Source: Owenia fusiformis
Lineage: Eukaryota
NCBI GenBank assembly: GCA_903813345.2
Contig: CAIIXF020000001.1
Coordinates: 15,252,001 to 15,316,000, forward strand
Direction of reading: 5' to 3'
DNA length: 64,000 nucleotides
This document shows positions 25,091-37,617 of the stretch, piece after piece. Position 1 is the first letter of the stretch. Each line of letters opens with the position of its first letter. The position numbers were made by a program, and so were the translations under genes. Below the pieces are notes generated by a model. That model was not told where the DNA came from, did no database searches, and worked only from the letters and a program-made list of their open reading frames with translations.

Positions 25091-28000
25091 TTGTTTGTCC
25101 ACGGGTGCTGATCATGCAATAGCTTTTTAAGCCCATAGGCCATAAAAACAATAAAACTGAAATAATTATAGAGAAAATGATTTGTTGACACAGTTGAAAA
25201 GAGAACGAGTAATGTAATTCAAAAGTATGGATCGAGATGAACAAAATTATGGCAAAACCTGAATCACTATTTGATCATAATATGTCACAGTCAAAATATT
25301 CGGTGTGTTGTGCGCATCATACATTGGTGGACACTGGCATAACCCCCTCCCTTCCCCATAATTTCTAGCATGGTGATTTTGTGTCGACGTCAGGAAAATG
25401 TGTCACGATTGTTAGGGAATATGTATTTTTGTAGTCTAGCTTCAAGCCCTTGTGTCCTTACAATCAAAAGTGGAAGAGTAGATAAGGTGGTTCGGCCGGA
25501 GGGGGTTCGGAGACTTAAAAGAAAGACTACCTTTTTGAAACATACAGTTCATATGACTTTTTTAAAAGATGGGCTCATTCCAATTTCATTCCAACACCAA
25601 AAGACTACATTTTGTATTTGAGAAGTGCAACAATTTTATAACGTCACACCCTGCCAAGCAACGTATACTGCACAGATTTCATATTCAACATTTTTGATGA
25701 TGTGATGTGCGTCCTATATTTTGCATAAAAGCCCAGATTGTTATTATCTTATGAAGTGAACGAACTCTTGTGGGCTAGCATTTTCTCGAGGAACAATGTC
25801 GAGGTAAATACCATACAAGAGCTTGTGCATGCAAAATTCTGAATTCATATCACATGTAATGGAGCTCTACTAGCCCTTACTACAGTATGGTAAATCATGT
25901 CGTTTTCATGGATGTTGAGGGGCAACAATCTAATCCGAGTGTAATGAACTGATAAGGAGGTTTAGTCTTTCTATAAATCATAGATCCGTGGCTTCCGATC
26001 ACGTCTCGGGGATAGCTAAAATTCAACTGTAAACCTTTTTTGCGAATGTTATATCAAGGGATTTTCCAAGCCTCGAATCTCGACAGATGTTCATGCAGAA
26101 CCTTGCTTAATGATTATTAATGAAAATATAAATAGGTTTTTAAACAAGGTCATGATTTCGGTTTACAGTGTTCCATCATCTATCATGCTAAGTTGTCTGT
26201 TGGTAATACTGTGTTTCGATTTACCAGAAAGTGCCAATTCATACCTTTGCCAAGCTACTGTATGTGGCAGTATTCTTAATCTACAACCATTATTTACATG
26301 ATGCTAAAATGCGACTTGACTAACACGTCGTGAAGCCAACAACTAAACAGGTATTAGCCTCGACCGTCGAAATGAGACAGCATCAGAGTGCTGCAATTAG
26401 CGATGGTATGCTCCTAATCCTTATCCGGCAGCCAAAATTGATGTAATGGGAAGTTCAATGAACTTAATTAATGTTTTTGATCTAGTAGAGCTATTTCGCT
26501 GTGGTAACACAGACCCATTCACTTATCTTGGTAAGGGTATATCCACCTCTTATCTTTAAGACTTATAGTATAATTCATTGATCCAAAACTGAAATCCTAA
26601 ATCACATGATGCACCGATGAAGGATATAACTAGCTTGAGTTTGTCTTACCCAAAACGGTGGACAGAGTTGGTTCAATGTCCATACCTAAGCCACTTCAAA
26701 GAAATGCACAAATGCCAACGGGGAAATACCAAAAGGGTGTTTAACTGACCAAGAAAATGAAACATTAACTACATGTAGTACCTAAAACAGCCATAGGAGA
26801 ACTCCAAATATCCCAAATTATGTTCTTACATTTAAAGAATATCCAATACTCGTCCCTCTCGCCACCATTAATTATATACCATAAGACCATGGGACATTCA
26901 TACTGAAGGCCATAACATGAATACATGTTGAAGAATAAATGGAAAATAAAAACCATTTGATATCAAAAATAGTTAGACACTAGTTGCCATACAAGATCGT
27001 CCGTAATAGCATTCAGTCTCGAATGATAACTCCAGTCACGATATCCATTGGAGTAGCAAAGAGCCGGTCAATAATACACCCATCCAAAAAGCCAACGCCA
27101 TAGTCCATGAAATACAGATATTTGAGAAAAGAAAACGATCTCGCTTAGTATGAATCTAACTAAACTTGCATTTTTGCAGCGATATTCTGATCAAACGGGG
27201 GTGAAACTAAATGTAGGGGGAGAATACATGCATGACCGAGCCATCTGTTTGATGTCTTAACAAACTCATGGATGTTCTGGATCGGTAGATATCATTTTTC
27301 AGGTTTGTGTATTGATGTGTGCTGGGTTTCTCATATGAAGAGTATTTTAGTCAGAGTAAGAAAAGCAGGCCACAACATTTACATCAGTTCATCATCCCCA
27401 TATTATACAACCCCCCCCCCTTTAGTCTTGTCTCGTGAATGTAATATACTAGTATTCATCACAGGAGGATCAGAGTCCGTTTTCAAATACAATTACCCTT
27501 TGCATTCGTTTGACTTCACTTCTTAAAAGAGAGCTTCGTCTTCGTCTGTAGTTTAACTAGACTCTGCACGCAGGGTAAAATACAATAGGCAGAGATGAAG
27601 CAGAAATGAAGCGGTGAACCCGAGTTCCAATCAGTTGTAAAACTTTTTATATCGGCTTTTATTTATCAGTCATCTCGGATTCCCATACTGGCTCACTGGG
27701 TGTTCGAATAATTGGACATATCAATGATAACCAATGAGACCAGCGCGCTTCATTCAAAAAACGAACGTTAGCCGAGTCCCAGGGGACTGGTTAGAATTAA
27801 AACAAATCCTTGATGCACCATAAGACCCCTCTCCGCTAAGGTGAGGTCACGAAAAGTTTCAGCGGAAAAAATTTTGGGATCAAGTTTTGAAATGAGCAAA
27901 ATTACTTCAAACCATGGGCTTTCAATCTCTTGAAAGCGGCCTATGTTCAAACTTAAGCCTAAGATCAAAATATTATGCCCAGTATGGCCAAAATGAAAAA

Positions 28001-28574
28001 AATAATCCCCAATAATATTAATTTATTATCTAAATTGCCCAGTGTATGTGCATGGGGAGCAGATTTTGGACCCCAGCATTTTTGAGCCCCGTCTCTCCTC
28101 CCAGCCAACTGCTAGTAGCCGATCGTCTAGTTCTAATAACTGCTGCAATGGTAGCCGCTAGTAGCCGTTTGTCTAGGTCTGATATAACTCACTGTATAGC
28201 TGTATAACTGCCAAATTATGACTTTTAGGCAAGCTATAAACTATCAGCACACTCAAAGCAAGATTCTGAAAGGCATTTGGATAATTGTTTACATCATAAC
28301 ACACAAATGTTTTCTATTTCAGTATAGACTCCCATGAAGCAATTGGGCTAGTTGCATGATATTGGGATGGGCTTGATAACAAAGTTGCTCTAGCTCCGAG
28401 AAACGTCACTGGTGCAGGCCTTGTTGAGGGGCCAATGGGGGAGAGGCTAACCTTTTAAAAAATATGCCGAGCGATGAGCTTCGGAGATCTTTTCACTTAG
28501 ATGGGGAGTAAGCTTTAGAAGAGCAACCGGAAAATATCATAAGTATCATATCAATCATGAAATTTCCAATAAAT

Positions 28575-28960
28575 AGAGGATATCCTATGATTTACTCGTG
28601 ATATGATTTTTATCCACGAATGGATATGATATCTGCACGAGCGAGCGTAGCGAGTAAATCATAGGATGTTCTTTTTATTCCATAGTTAAAGTCATCATCA
28701 GAATCGTCGGAAACTAAGTCATTTAATTCGAATTTTCCAAACGATCCGGCGATGTTGACACTTAGCCTCGTTTTGAGTCTGAAGTAGCAAAAATCCATAA
28801 ACCATCGCATACGACGTCGTATGTCATGGCTAAAAAACCGTATGCTATGGTTTAGTGAAAATTTGTCAGAAATATCATATTTTACCACTGATTACAAAAA
28901 TACCGTTTTTATTTTCACATGTTATCCTATGAATATCATGCTAACTATGGAATAATATAG
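28575..28960. mobile_element. Palindromic non-autonomous element
   Basis: Hairpin atcctatgatttactcg ... cgagtaaatcataggat around cgagcgagcgtagcgag; similar architecture to the 10290 and 19848 elements. Confidence 0.5.
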
Positions 28961-30417
28961 TTTACAAAACAGCATATCGGCTCTCTATAATTTAAACAAC
29001 TTTTTTGAGCTGCATCAAAGTAGTGTTTATTGCCTACATGCATACACACGATTCTTGCTCTGTTGTTTCTGCATGTGTGTCGATGTCACACTATATAGAA
29101 ATATGCTGTAAATTACATATCACCTCATCATGATAAACCATGACATCTCATTTCTTCTCAGCTCTTTCAGGTGAAACAGAAAGATGCTATGAGTATCAGA
29201 ATGACATCACCTACATGTAGTTACTACAAGTGCAAGGCATGAGTGCATCAAATCAAACAGAGTCTTCCGTCTTCCAATTATCTATTTCCATACCCATCGG
29301 TTAACTTGATATGGAGGTGTGTGTGTTTTGAATGTTGTGTAGAATGCACATATGTCTAATGCATTCCTGCTCGACTCAAATAGGGTACTTTGTATACAGT
29401 TTGCGTACACTAGCTAGATTTTGAACTGTTCAATTTTTCCACATCAAAGCTATGCAATTTGGCATTTAGCTTGTGAAGAAGGTTACCTGGCGTCTAGAAT
29501 GCTTCCCAGTACAGGAAGCGGCTTTGCGAGACTATTCCGCTTCTTCAAATATATATTTAGCAATGGAATATTTATTCATTATTTGCTACTCAGCCTTGCT
29601 TCTGTGCAAGGATCCTTTGCATAAAGGTCATGTAGTTCTGCTATTTCGTTTTGCTCAAAGCTGATTACAAATTCTTCGAAACAAATAGGTTCTATATCAT
29701 CGTGATAATGAAAGTGCGATATCAATACGATAAATTATGTGGACAATTTGGTTTTAATTAGCATCGGAATGAAAATACGCGTTAATTGGATTCCAATGAA
29801 ATAACTGTTAATATTGGATGTTATAACTGATTATGGTCATGACATTGGGGTATCATTATGAATGAAAATTCCGTATCTTTCCTCAACTTCTATATGGCAT
29901 ACTTGAGATTCACCTTAAAGCTTAGTTCTTTCTTGAATTGTACATGTTGTTATTGAACCAATATTTCACCGATGAACCAATTATCCAAAAATGGCATGGC
30001 GCGCACAAGATTGATGCCATCCCTCGGTCATCCCTCGACATATTCAGTCGTGACTAACACAAAAATCCATCTCGTCTTCGTTTTGTTTCTTCATCAATAT
30101 CTGTCTTAAGGTCAATATAAAAAGCATTTTCTCAAGCTTGGCAATGGTTAAAATGCACATGGTACTAATTTTTAAGAATTTATGAAATAGAATATATGAA
30201 TATACACCTCCATAAGATTGGCAATCGGACATCTCCTTTTTAATTTTGGCTCGCTTTAATTACGACTATATTTACGACTATATTTTTATGTCTGGCGATT
30301 TACGAGAAAAAATGAAAAAGATCGTAAAAGATCATTAAAGTTGTTAATTTCAGAACTACGTATAATTGCAATTAAGAAACAATATTAAGATTAGAAAATC
30401 GACAGGTTTTGATACGC

Positions 30418-30684
30418 TATCCAATGAAAACTTCCAGTTGCCAAACTTATGGAGGGGAGTGTACCCAATGAAAACTTCCAGTTGCCAAACTTATGGAGGG
30501 GAGTGTATCCAATGAAAACTTCCAGTTGCCAAACTCATGGAGGGGAGTGTATCCAATGAAAACTTCCAGTTGCCAAACTTATGGAGGGGAGTGTATCCAA
30601 TGAAAACTTCCAGTTGCCAAACTTATGGAGGGGAGTGTATCCAATGAAAACTTCCAGTTGCCAAACTTATGGAGGGGAGTGTAT
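30418..30684. repeat. 44-bp minisatellite, 6 near-identical copies
   Basis: tatccaatgaaaacttccagttgccaaacttatggaggggagtg, with ccaatg at 30421, 30465, 30509, 30553, 30597 and 30641. Confidence 0.95.
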
Positions 30685-32619
30685 GTATGTTTTGATAGAA
30701 ACCCGATAGTAAATACGTAAATAAGATTGGAAGTATTTTGTTGTAATTATCTATACGCATCCTGTATTATTTCTAATATACTGTATGCCCTGAAAGGTCC
30801 CAAACTAATCTTCTAATCTAGTTGATTCGGATTACGCTTCTAGTAACCTGGTAGCGCCAATCATGTTGTGTTTAATGTTTGTATTCAAACAAAGATGAAA
30901 GAGCCATCGGTAAGTGGGGGAAAGATATAGCACATCAGTACGAGAGATGCCAAAGTGCCATCATTATCGAGGGGTTCACATTTCACTGGTTAACTAATTA
31001 CTTGATCTAACGTTGTTTAATAATATTTTTAGTTGGATAGGGTTCAGTTTCAGTGTTTCGTACTGTAAAACGGGAAAAGGAAATCCCTCATTGTAAAATG
31101 GAAAAAGGAAATCCATCATATGCCCGGCGCAGTGTTATCAGTATGCGTTGAAGGGTGAATGTAAAATACATTCCTTAAACATTGCTATCTCAAGTACTCT
31201 TAGGTAAACGTTGTTAAGATAATTGTATCCATGGCAACCATAGTTAAACCCTTCAGATATTATCAGGTGAGATGGTTGATTGGCCAAGTAAACAGGCAAG
31301 GGGATGGCAATCTGTTTAATAACGTAAACCCATGTTTAGACCTCCATCAAAAATAAATGGAACAACCATTTGATCCAGCTGTTTAGACACATTCACAATT
31401 TCCTTCCTTTTTACAATTGTACCTCTTGATTTATTACTTTTCTATACCAGATGGGCCTTGTCTTCAGGTTTGTTAATTTCGATTCGCTTTTTATAAAGCT
31501 ACTCGGATGAAAGGCCGAACCTGTGGTTCAGATTTCGAAGTTATTATGGACATTTTCGGGGGATGGTACATTTCGACTCACCAATACAAGGACTAGTGCG
31601 TATTTCTTCGCAAGATAACGCTTACGTTCAACAGGCGTGATAACAACAGTTTATAGGTTCGTAGGGCTGTTTTAACCGGTTTAGAACCTTTGAGGTTAGC
31701 TCCGTCGATATGTCGATTGGAGTTTCATAATGATCTTAGTTTAGAATACACTCCCTGTTTTGATTTCATAACCCAACACGAGTGACTTTTTACATAATAA
31801 TTTATCAGCACCTGAGTTACGTCAATAGACGAAACCTATATAGCTGGTAACTTGTTAGGCATGGTGTGTTCGAAGAGAGTAATGTCTAATTGGGGAGAAA
31901 TCAGGACAGTCAGGCTACGTATGTAATGGCGTCAAAAAATCGTACATCTTCAATTCCCAAAATAATTGATGGAGTAACTTGTAATACACAATTTAGACTA
32001 CTTTACCGTATTTGTTTTTGTGCATCTCGAATCCAATCTCATAAAAGCATTCACGAAATTATAAGTATTCGAAATTTTGAGTTGAGGTGAGATATACAGA
32101 TATACTGGTCCTTTTTGAGAAAAAGATATTTGAATCAAAAGCATGTTTTTTTATCAACTCACTGCGATTGACAACGAATGTTACATAAACAAATGTTTCC
32201 GTTTTAATTGAACGTTACTAATAATGTCCTTCTCAGTGATTTCATGATAAATAGACAGTATCAATGTTTAATATTCAACCTCGTTTTCGCGACGTTTAAA
32301 CATGAGAAGAAAATGATGGTGGAAATTACAATTCCAAATCTCAGCATGTATTTTGTATTGAATTGGATGATGCTGATCCTCTTTCCAGGGAGCACAGACC
32401 CGTAGCCATGATTTGCCACTTTTTAACAAATTCCAGGGGGAGTTTACTTCAGAAAACTTTGGTCTGAATATGACCCAAATCGAAAAGTGCTCAGAATAGT
32501 GAAAGACTGCATGATTTCGAAAGAATTTTTGGCCCCCGAACCCCTCAAATCATAAATAAAACAAGGCATTATAACATGACAAAATGTTACCACCTAGTTG
32601 CTCACAATATTATGAGTTC

Positions 32620-33035
32620 AATCTTAAGTTAGATTTGAATTTCTGAGAACTTTTAGATGATTTTGATAAAATAAATTGGTCAATTTGAAGCAAGTTGAAA
32701 ACAGATCCTTTTGACCTTTGAGAAGGTCATTGAAGGTCAAATCTAAAGTCAGATTTGAACTTCTGATAACCTGTAGATGATTTTGAAAAAACTGGTCAAT
32801 TTGAAAAAAGACTTTTTGACCTTTTTTGCCCTTGAAAAGGTCATTGAAGGTCAAATCTTGAATATAAAGTCAGATTTGAACTTCTGAAAAAATGTAAATG
32901 ATTTTGAAAAAATTTGAAGTCAGTCTAAAGTATTTGTTAAGTTATTGGAAGTTGTGAGAATTTGTTACAGACGCCGATCGCCAAACACCAACCGCCAACC
33001 GCCAACCACTAACCGCCATCCGCCGACCACCGTCA
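32620..33035. repeat. Dispersed repeat with ~120-bp internal tandem units and a (ccgccaa)n tail
   Basis: Three copies of agt(c/t)agatttgaa.ttctg...gatgattttga with aaggtcattgaaggtcaaa; a related copy lies at ~3596-3640. Confidence 0.6.
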
Positions 33036-33039
33036 AAAA

Positions 33040-34220
33040 ACTCTACATATGCTCTACATATACTGACATCCACCAAGGTATTGCTGCTCTACATATACTG
33101 ACATTCACCAAGGCAACTTAAATTACTGCTCTACATATACTGACATCCAACAAGGTATTACTGCTCTACACATACTGACATCCACCAAGGGAAATTAAAT
33201 TACTGCTCTACATCTACTGACATCCACCAAGGGCAAATTGAATTACTTCTCTACATATACTGACATCAACCAGGGCAAATTGAATTACTGCTCTACATAT
33301 ACTGACATCCACCAAGACAAATTGAATTACTGCTCTACATATACTGACATCCACCAAGGCAAATTGAATTACTGCTCTACATCATATACTGACATCCACC
33401 AAGATATAACTGCTCTACATATACTGACATCCACCAAGGTATTATTGCTCTAGATATACTACTGACATCCACCAAGGCAAATTACATTGCTCTACATATA
33501 TTGACATCCACCGCCGAGGCAAATAAAATTACTGCTCTACATATAAAGACATCTAACAAGGCACATTACATTACTGCTCTGCATATACTGACATCCACCA
33601 AGGCAAATTAAATTACTGCTCTACATATACTGAAATCCAACAAGGCAGATAAAATTACTGCTCTACATATACTGACATCCAACAAGGTAAATTGAATTAC
33701 TGCTCTACATATACTGACATCCACCAAGGCAAATTGAATTACTGCTCTACATATACTGACATCCAACAAGGTAAATTAAATTACTGCTCTACATATACTG
33801 ACATCCACCAAGGCAAATTAAATTACTGCTCTACATATACTGACATCCAACAAGTTAAACTAAATCACTGCTCTACATATACTGATATCCAACGAGGCAA
33901 ATTAAATTACTGCTCTACATATACTGACATCCACCAATACAAATTGAATTACTACTCTACATATACTGACACCCACCAAGGTATAACTGCTCTACATATA
34001 CTGATATCCACCAAGGCAAATTGAATTACTGCTCTACGTATACTGACATCAACCAAGACAAATTGAATTACTGCTCTATATATACGTACTGACATCCACC
34101 CAGAAAACGAATATACTTTTCTACATACTGACATCCTCGGAGGCAACTTTTGAATTGATTGCTGCTGCACATGTACATATGATACTGACAACAACTGATG
34201 CAACTTGAATTACCGACCTA
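33040..34220. repeat. 42-bp minisatellite (about 25-28 diverged copies)
   Basis: Unit aaattgaattactgctctacatatactgacatccaccaaggc; it produces the spurious 14-aa repeat ORFs NYCSTYTDIHQGKL. Confidence 0.95.
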
Positions 34221-35913
34221 CACATTTGCGCTTTATAAGTATGTGCTAAATGCATCAAAAATGAAAACATCATTAGAACATTAGTGTAAATAGAGCATTA
34301 GGATAAGAATGAACTGACGGGCCTAATAGTTTCAAGTAGCCACGTGATGCTAACTTTTAAGTTGTGTTGCTTTACATAGATGATAAGATGATAAATAAAT
34401 TCCTTTTAAATAATAAGTGGTAAGAATGAAATTACATTTCTAATCACCCAGAATACTCCATTTGCTAGCGTGCTCTTTTTATGACTTTTTGAATACCGAT
34501 GGAGATCAAACAAAAATAATCAAGTGTTATTATAGGCGTACAACAGGTGATTCTCACAGTGTATGACTACTTGAAATGGTAAGTATGTCACTTCCACTCT
34601 CGTTTTCATGTTTTTATTATATAGATAGGTAAGATTGTTTCGGAGGCCTAGTTAACCAGCTCATCAATGCAAGTATATAGTTGGTTATGCTCGTTGCCAT
34701 GGTTACGTAGGTTGGCATACTGGTGTGCACGTTGCCATTGCTACGGAGTCTGAGTAAATAACGAGCACAAAACTTTTGATAGTGTATTTGTAGTAGTAAA
34801 TAAATTGACTACTTTCTACTTTACCTTTTTCTCGATTTCAGTGTGTTCTGATACTGAATGGAGATTCTTCAATTTTTTCACTCGTTTTGCACAATATTTT
34901 CAGAGTAACTATAACATTCATTTCCTCATAAGTTATAAAAAATTCAGATGTCGGTAACAAATATTTCTGAAGTTATGGTTACTATGGTAACCTCAATATC
35001 GATATATAGCGGGACAGTTATGTCCCACAGTCTCATGTCTGCTCAGTAGTGTTGTTGCGATGTGCCATAATCGTACATCGATGCATCGGTGTGCAAACGT
35101 TTAATGACCCCAATTAAATCGAATATGAGCTGGGATGTAAGATCTCAAAAAATCCTCAATTCTGCCCTATCAAGTCCAATGTGACTGTTGAATTTGTCCT
35201 ATGGAGTCTCATCGAGTCTAACCTTGCTCCACTTATGCCTCGATCATTTTGATTAACAAGTTACCTGATCAAAAGTCCCACGATGCCCCATTAAAAGAAC
35301 AATTAAAAAAAGTACAATTCCTTTGCGTGGAGTACATATTTTGAATTTCATCATTTCTCAATCAATGAACTTCAAAGGAGGTCTTGCTTACTGGAAACTT
35401 CGTTCATGTACAAAAACAAAACATTGCACATCATACCAAGTACAGTGTACGATGTAAATCGGAATGTATCTAGATTAATGAATTATTTTGTTAATTCAAA
35501 TTATTTCTTTGAACCCAACATTCAAGGAGAACACGATGGGCGACTGTCGATCTATAACATTTGAATATTTCCCCGATGTATTGTTAACAATGTGACCATA
35601 TTTCAAGGTGGGGGAGAACTAAAAATCGTTCACAGACGACCAAGTATGAAACTACACCTACCTATTTTTTATTAAAAAGGTGAACTCTTCGAAAATACCA
35701 TACGCGTTTCCGCCCCCTGCCTGTGATAATTTAGATTTGACGTCCGAGGTTAGCTCTATTAACACATGTCTCAGACTGTACGAGAGAAGGGTGTGTTGAG
35801 TAATATATCAGGTAAAGGTGGCGTGAAGGACGTAATGGGAATATATAGGTAAACCGGAAGCCATGGTGAAAGAAACTATTGTACGTAATTATAAAAATTA
35901 AATATATTATCTC

Positions 35914-37617
35914 CAGGGCCGTCAGATGGGGGGTGCGATGGGTGCGACCGCACCCCCCTTTGTCACCTCCCAAAATAAATTTGAAAAAAATATTTTGAAA
36001 ACTTTTTTTTTTTGAAAAATATTTTTTTTGTAATTTTTTTTATTGACTCTTACACTTTGAAAGTACCCAGAAAGCACAAAATAGCATCTTAAAATTGTAA
36101 AGTTTTCTAGGGGCATTGGCCACCCCTCACACCCCCCACAAAACAATGGAAAAGTTCTAAATTTATTTTAGTGTTTTGTCTCAGACACTTTTAAAGTGCC
36201 CAGACATCATCAAATATCTCCTTGATATAGTAAGTGTTTCTGGGGGACTTGCTCCCCCTCTTGCATCTTGCACTTGCATAACCCCCCCCCCCCCTCTGGA
36301 GCCCCCCCCCCCCCCCTTGACCCCCTCCCCCCAAAAAATTGTGATTTTCTCAAATTCTTTAATTGACTCATACACTTTGGAAGTGCCCAGAAAGCACCAA
36401 ATAGCGTCGTAAAATTGTAAAATTTTCTAGGGGGAGTTGGCCACCCCTCACACCCCAAACAAAACAATGGAAAAGTTCTGAATATGTTTTATGTATTGAC
36501 ACTTTTAAATTGCCCAGACATCATCAAATAGCTCCTTGATTAAGTTAATGATTCTGGAAGACTAACACTTACTCGCCCTCTGGCATCCCCACTCCACCCC
36601 CCCTCCTCTGGCAGCCTCCCCCTAACATCCCCTTTGAAAGTGCCCAGAAAGCACCAAATAGCACCTTAAAATTGTAAAGTTTTCTTGGGAAATAGGCACT
36701 TTTAGGCACAGACACTTTTAAAGTGCCCAAACTTCATCGAATAGCACCTTGATATTGTAAATTTTGATATGGTGGACAAACATTTGCTCCCCTCTGGCAC
36801 CCCAGCCCCACCTCCCCCTCTGGCACACCCCCCCCCCTTTGACACCCCCAAAATTTGAAAAAAATTGTGATTGTTTTTCAATGTTTTTATTGACTAATAC
36901 ACTTTAAAAATGCCCAGAAGCACCAAATATCATCTTTAAATTGTAAAATATTCTAGGAGAGTTAGCCACCCCTCACATCCCCCACAAAACAAAAGAAAAT
37001 ATTCTGAATTTCATGTATTGTCTCAGACATTTTTTAAGTGCCCAGACATCATCACATAGCAAGGTCAATGTTTCTGGGGGACAACCCATTGCTCCCCTAC
37101 TGGCACCCCACCCCACTTCACCCTCTCATCCACTTTGACACCCCCAAAAGAATTTGAAAAAAAATTCACATTTTTCTTATTGACTCATAACGCACAGGCG
37201 TACCAGATGGTTGCAAAATCACTCCAAATACAACCAAATTTCAAAATGTTCCTGGGGAAGGACCCCAGACCCCCCTGAATGCTCGGTTTTTATTCACTCA
37301 ACTCTTATTCCCGTGGTGGTGGCGTACTACTTGGAAACTTACACTTTGAAAGTGCCCAGAAAGCACCAAATAGCATCTCAAAACTGTAAAATTTTCTAGG
37401 GGGAGTGGACCACCCTTCACGACCCCCACAAAACAATTGGAACGTTTTGGAAGTTGCATTTGTTAATTCCAAACCAATATAGAGAGTAACTGACCCCCCC
37501 CCCCCCCCATCTGACGTACGCGATTTGATTTACACGGCAAAAAAATTGACTATTTTATATTCTCTTTAGTAAGCTAAAAACCGCACCCCCCTTGGAGAAA
37601 AGTGTCTTACGGGCCTG
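35914..37617. mobile_element. 1.7-kb non-autonomous DNA element with CAGG termini, 5-bp TSD and internal ~300-bp repeats with poly-C tracts
   Basis: ATCTC|cagggccgtcaga...ggtgcg ... cgcaccccc...tcttacgggcctg|ATCTC; repeated aaagtgcccagaaagcaccaaatagc. Confidence 0.75.

Noticed and set aside
30418-30684. Possible CRISPR array
   Set aside because: The 44-bp units are head-to-tail with no unique spacers, the context is eukaryotic, and there are no cas genes.
31300-31760. Possible LINE ORF1 remnant on minus (DKAHLV...SRGTIV)
   Set aside because: The similarity is too short and degraded to call without a search.
33238-34203. Repeat-protein ORFs (NYCSTYTDIHQGKL)n
   Set aside because: These are a by-product of a 42-bp minisatellite with frequent frameshifting indels and no splice or start context.
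34690-34995. RFX X-box-like motifs (gttgccatggttac)
   Set aside because: No associated gene start was identified, and such palindromes are common inside repeats.
36176-36467. Pro-/Gly-rich ORFs
   Set aside because: They derive from poly-C tracts in a transposon interior.
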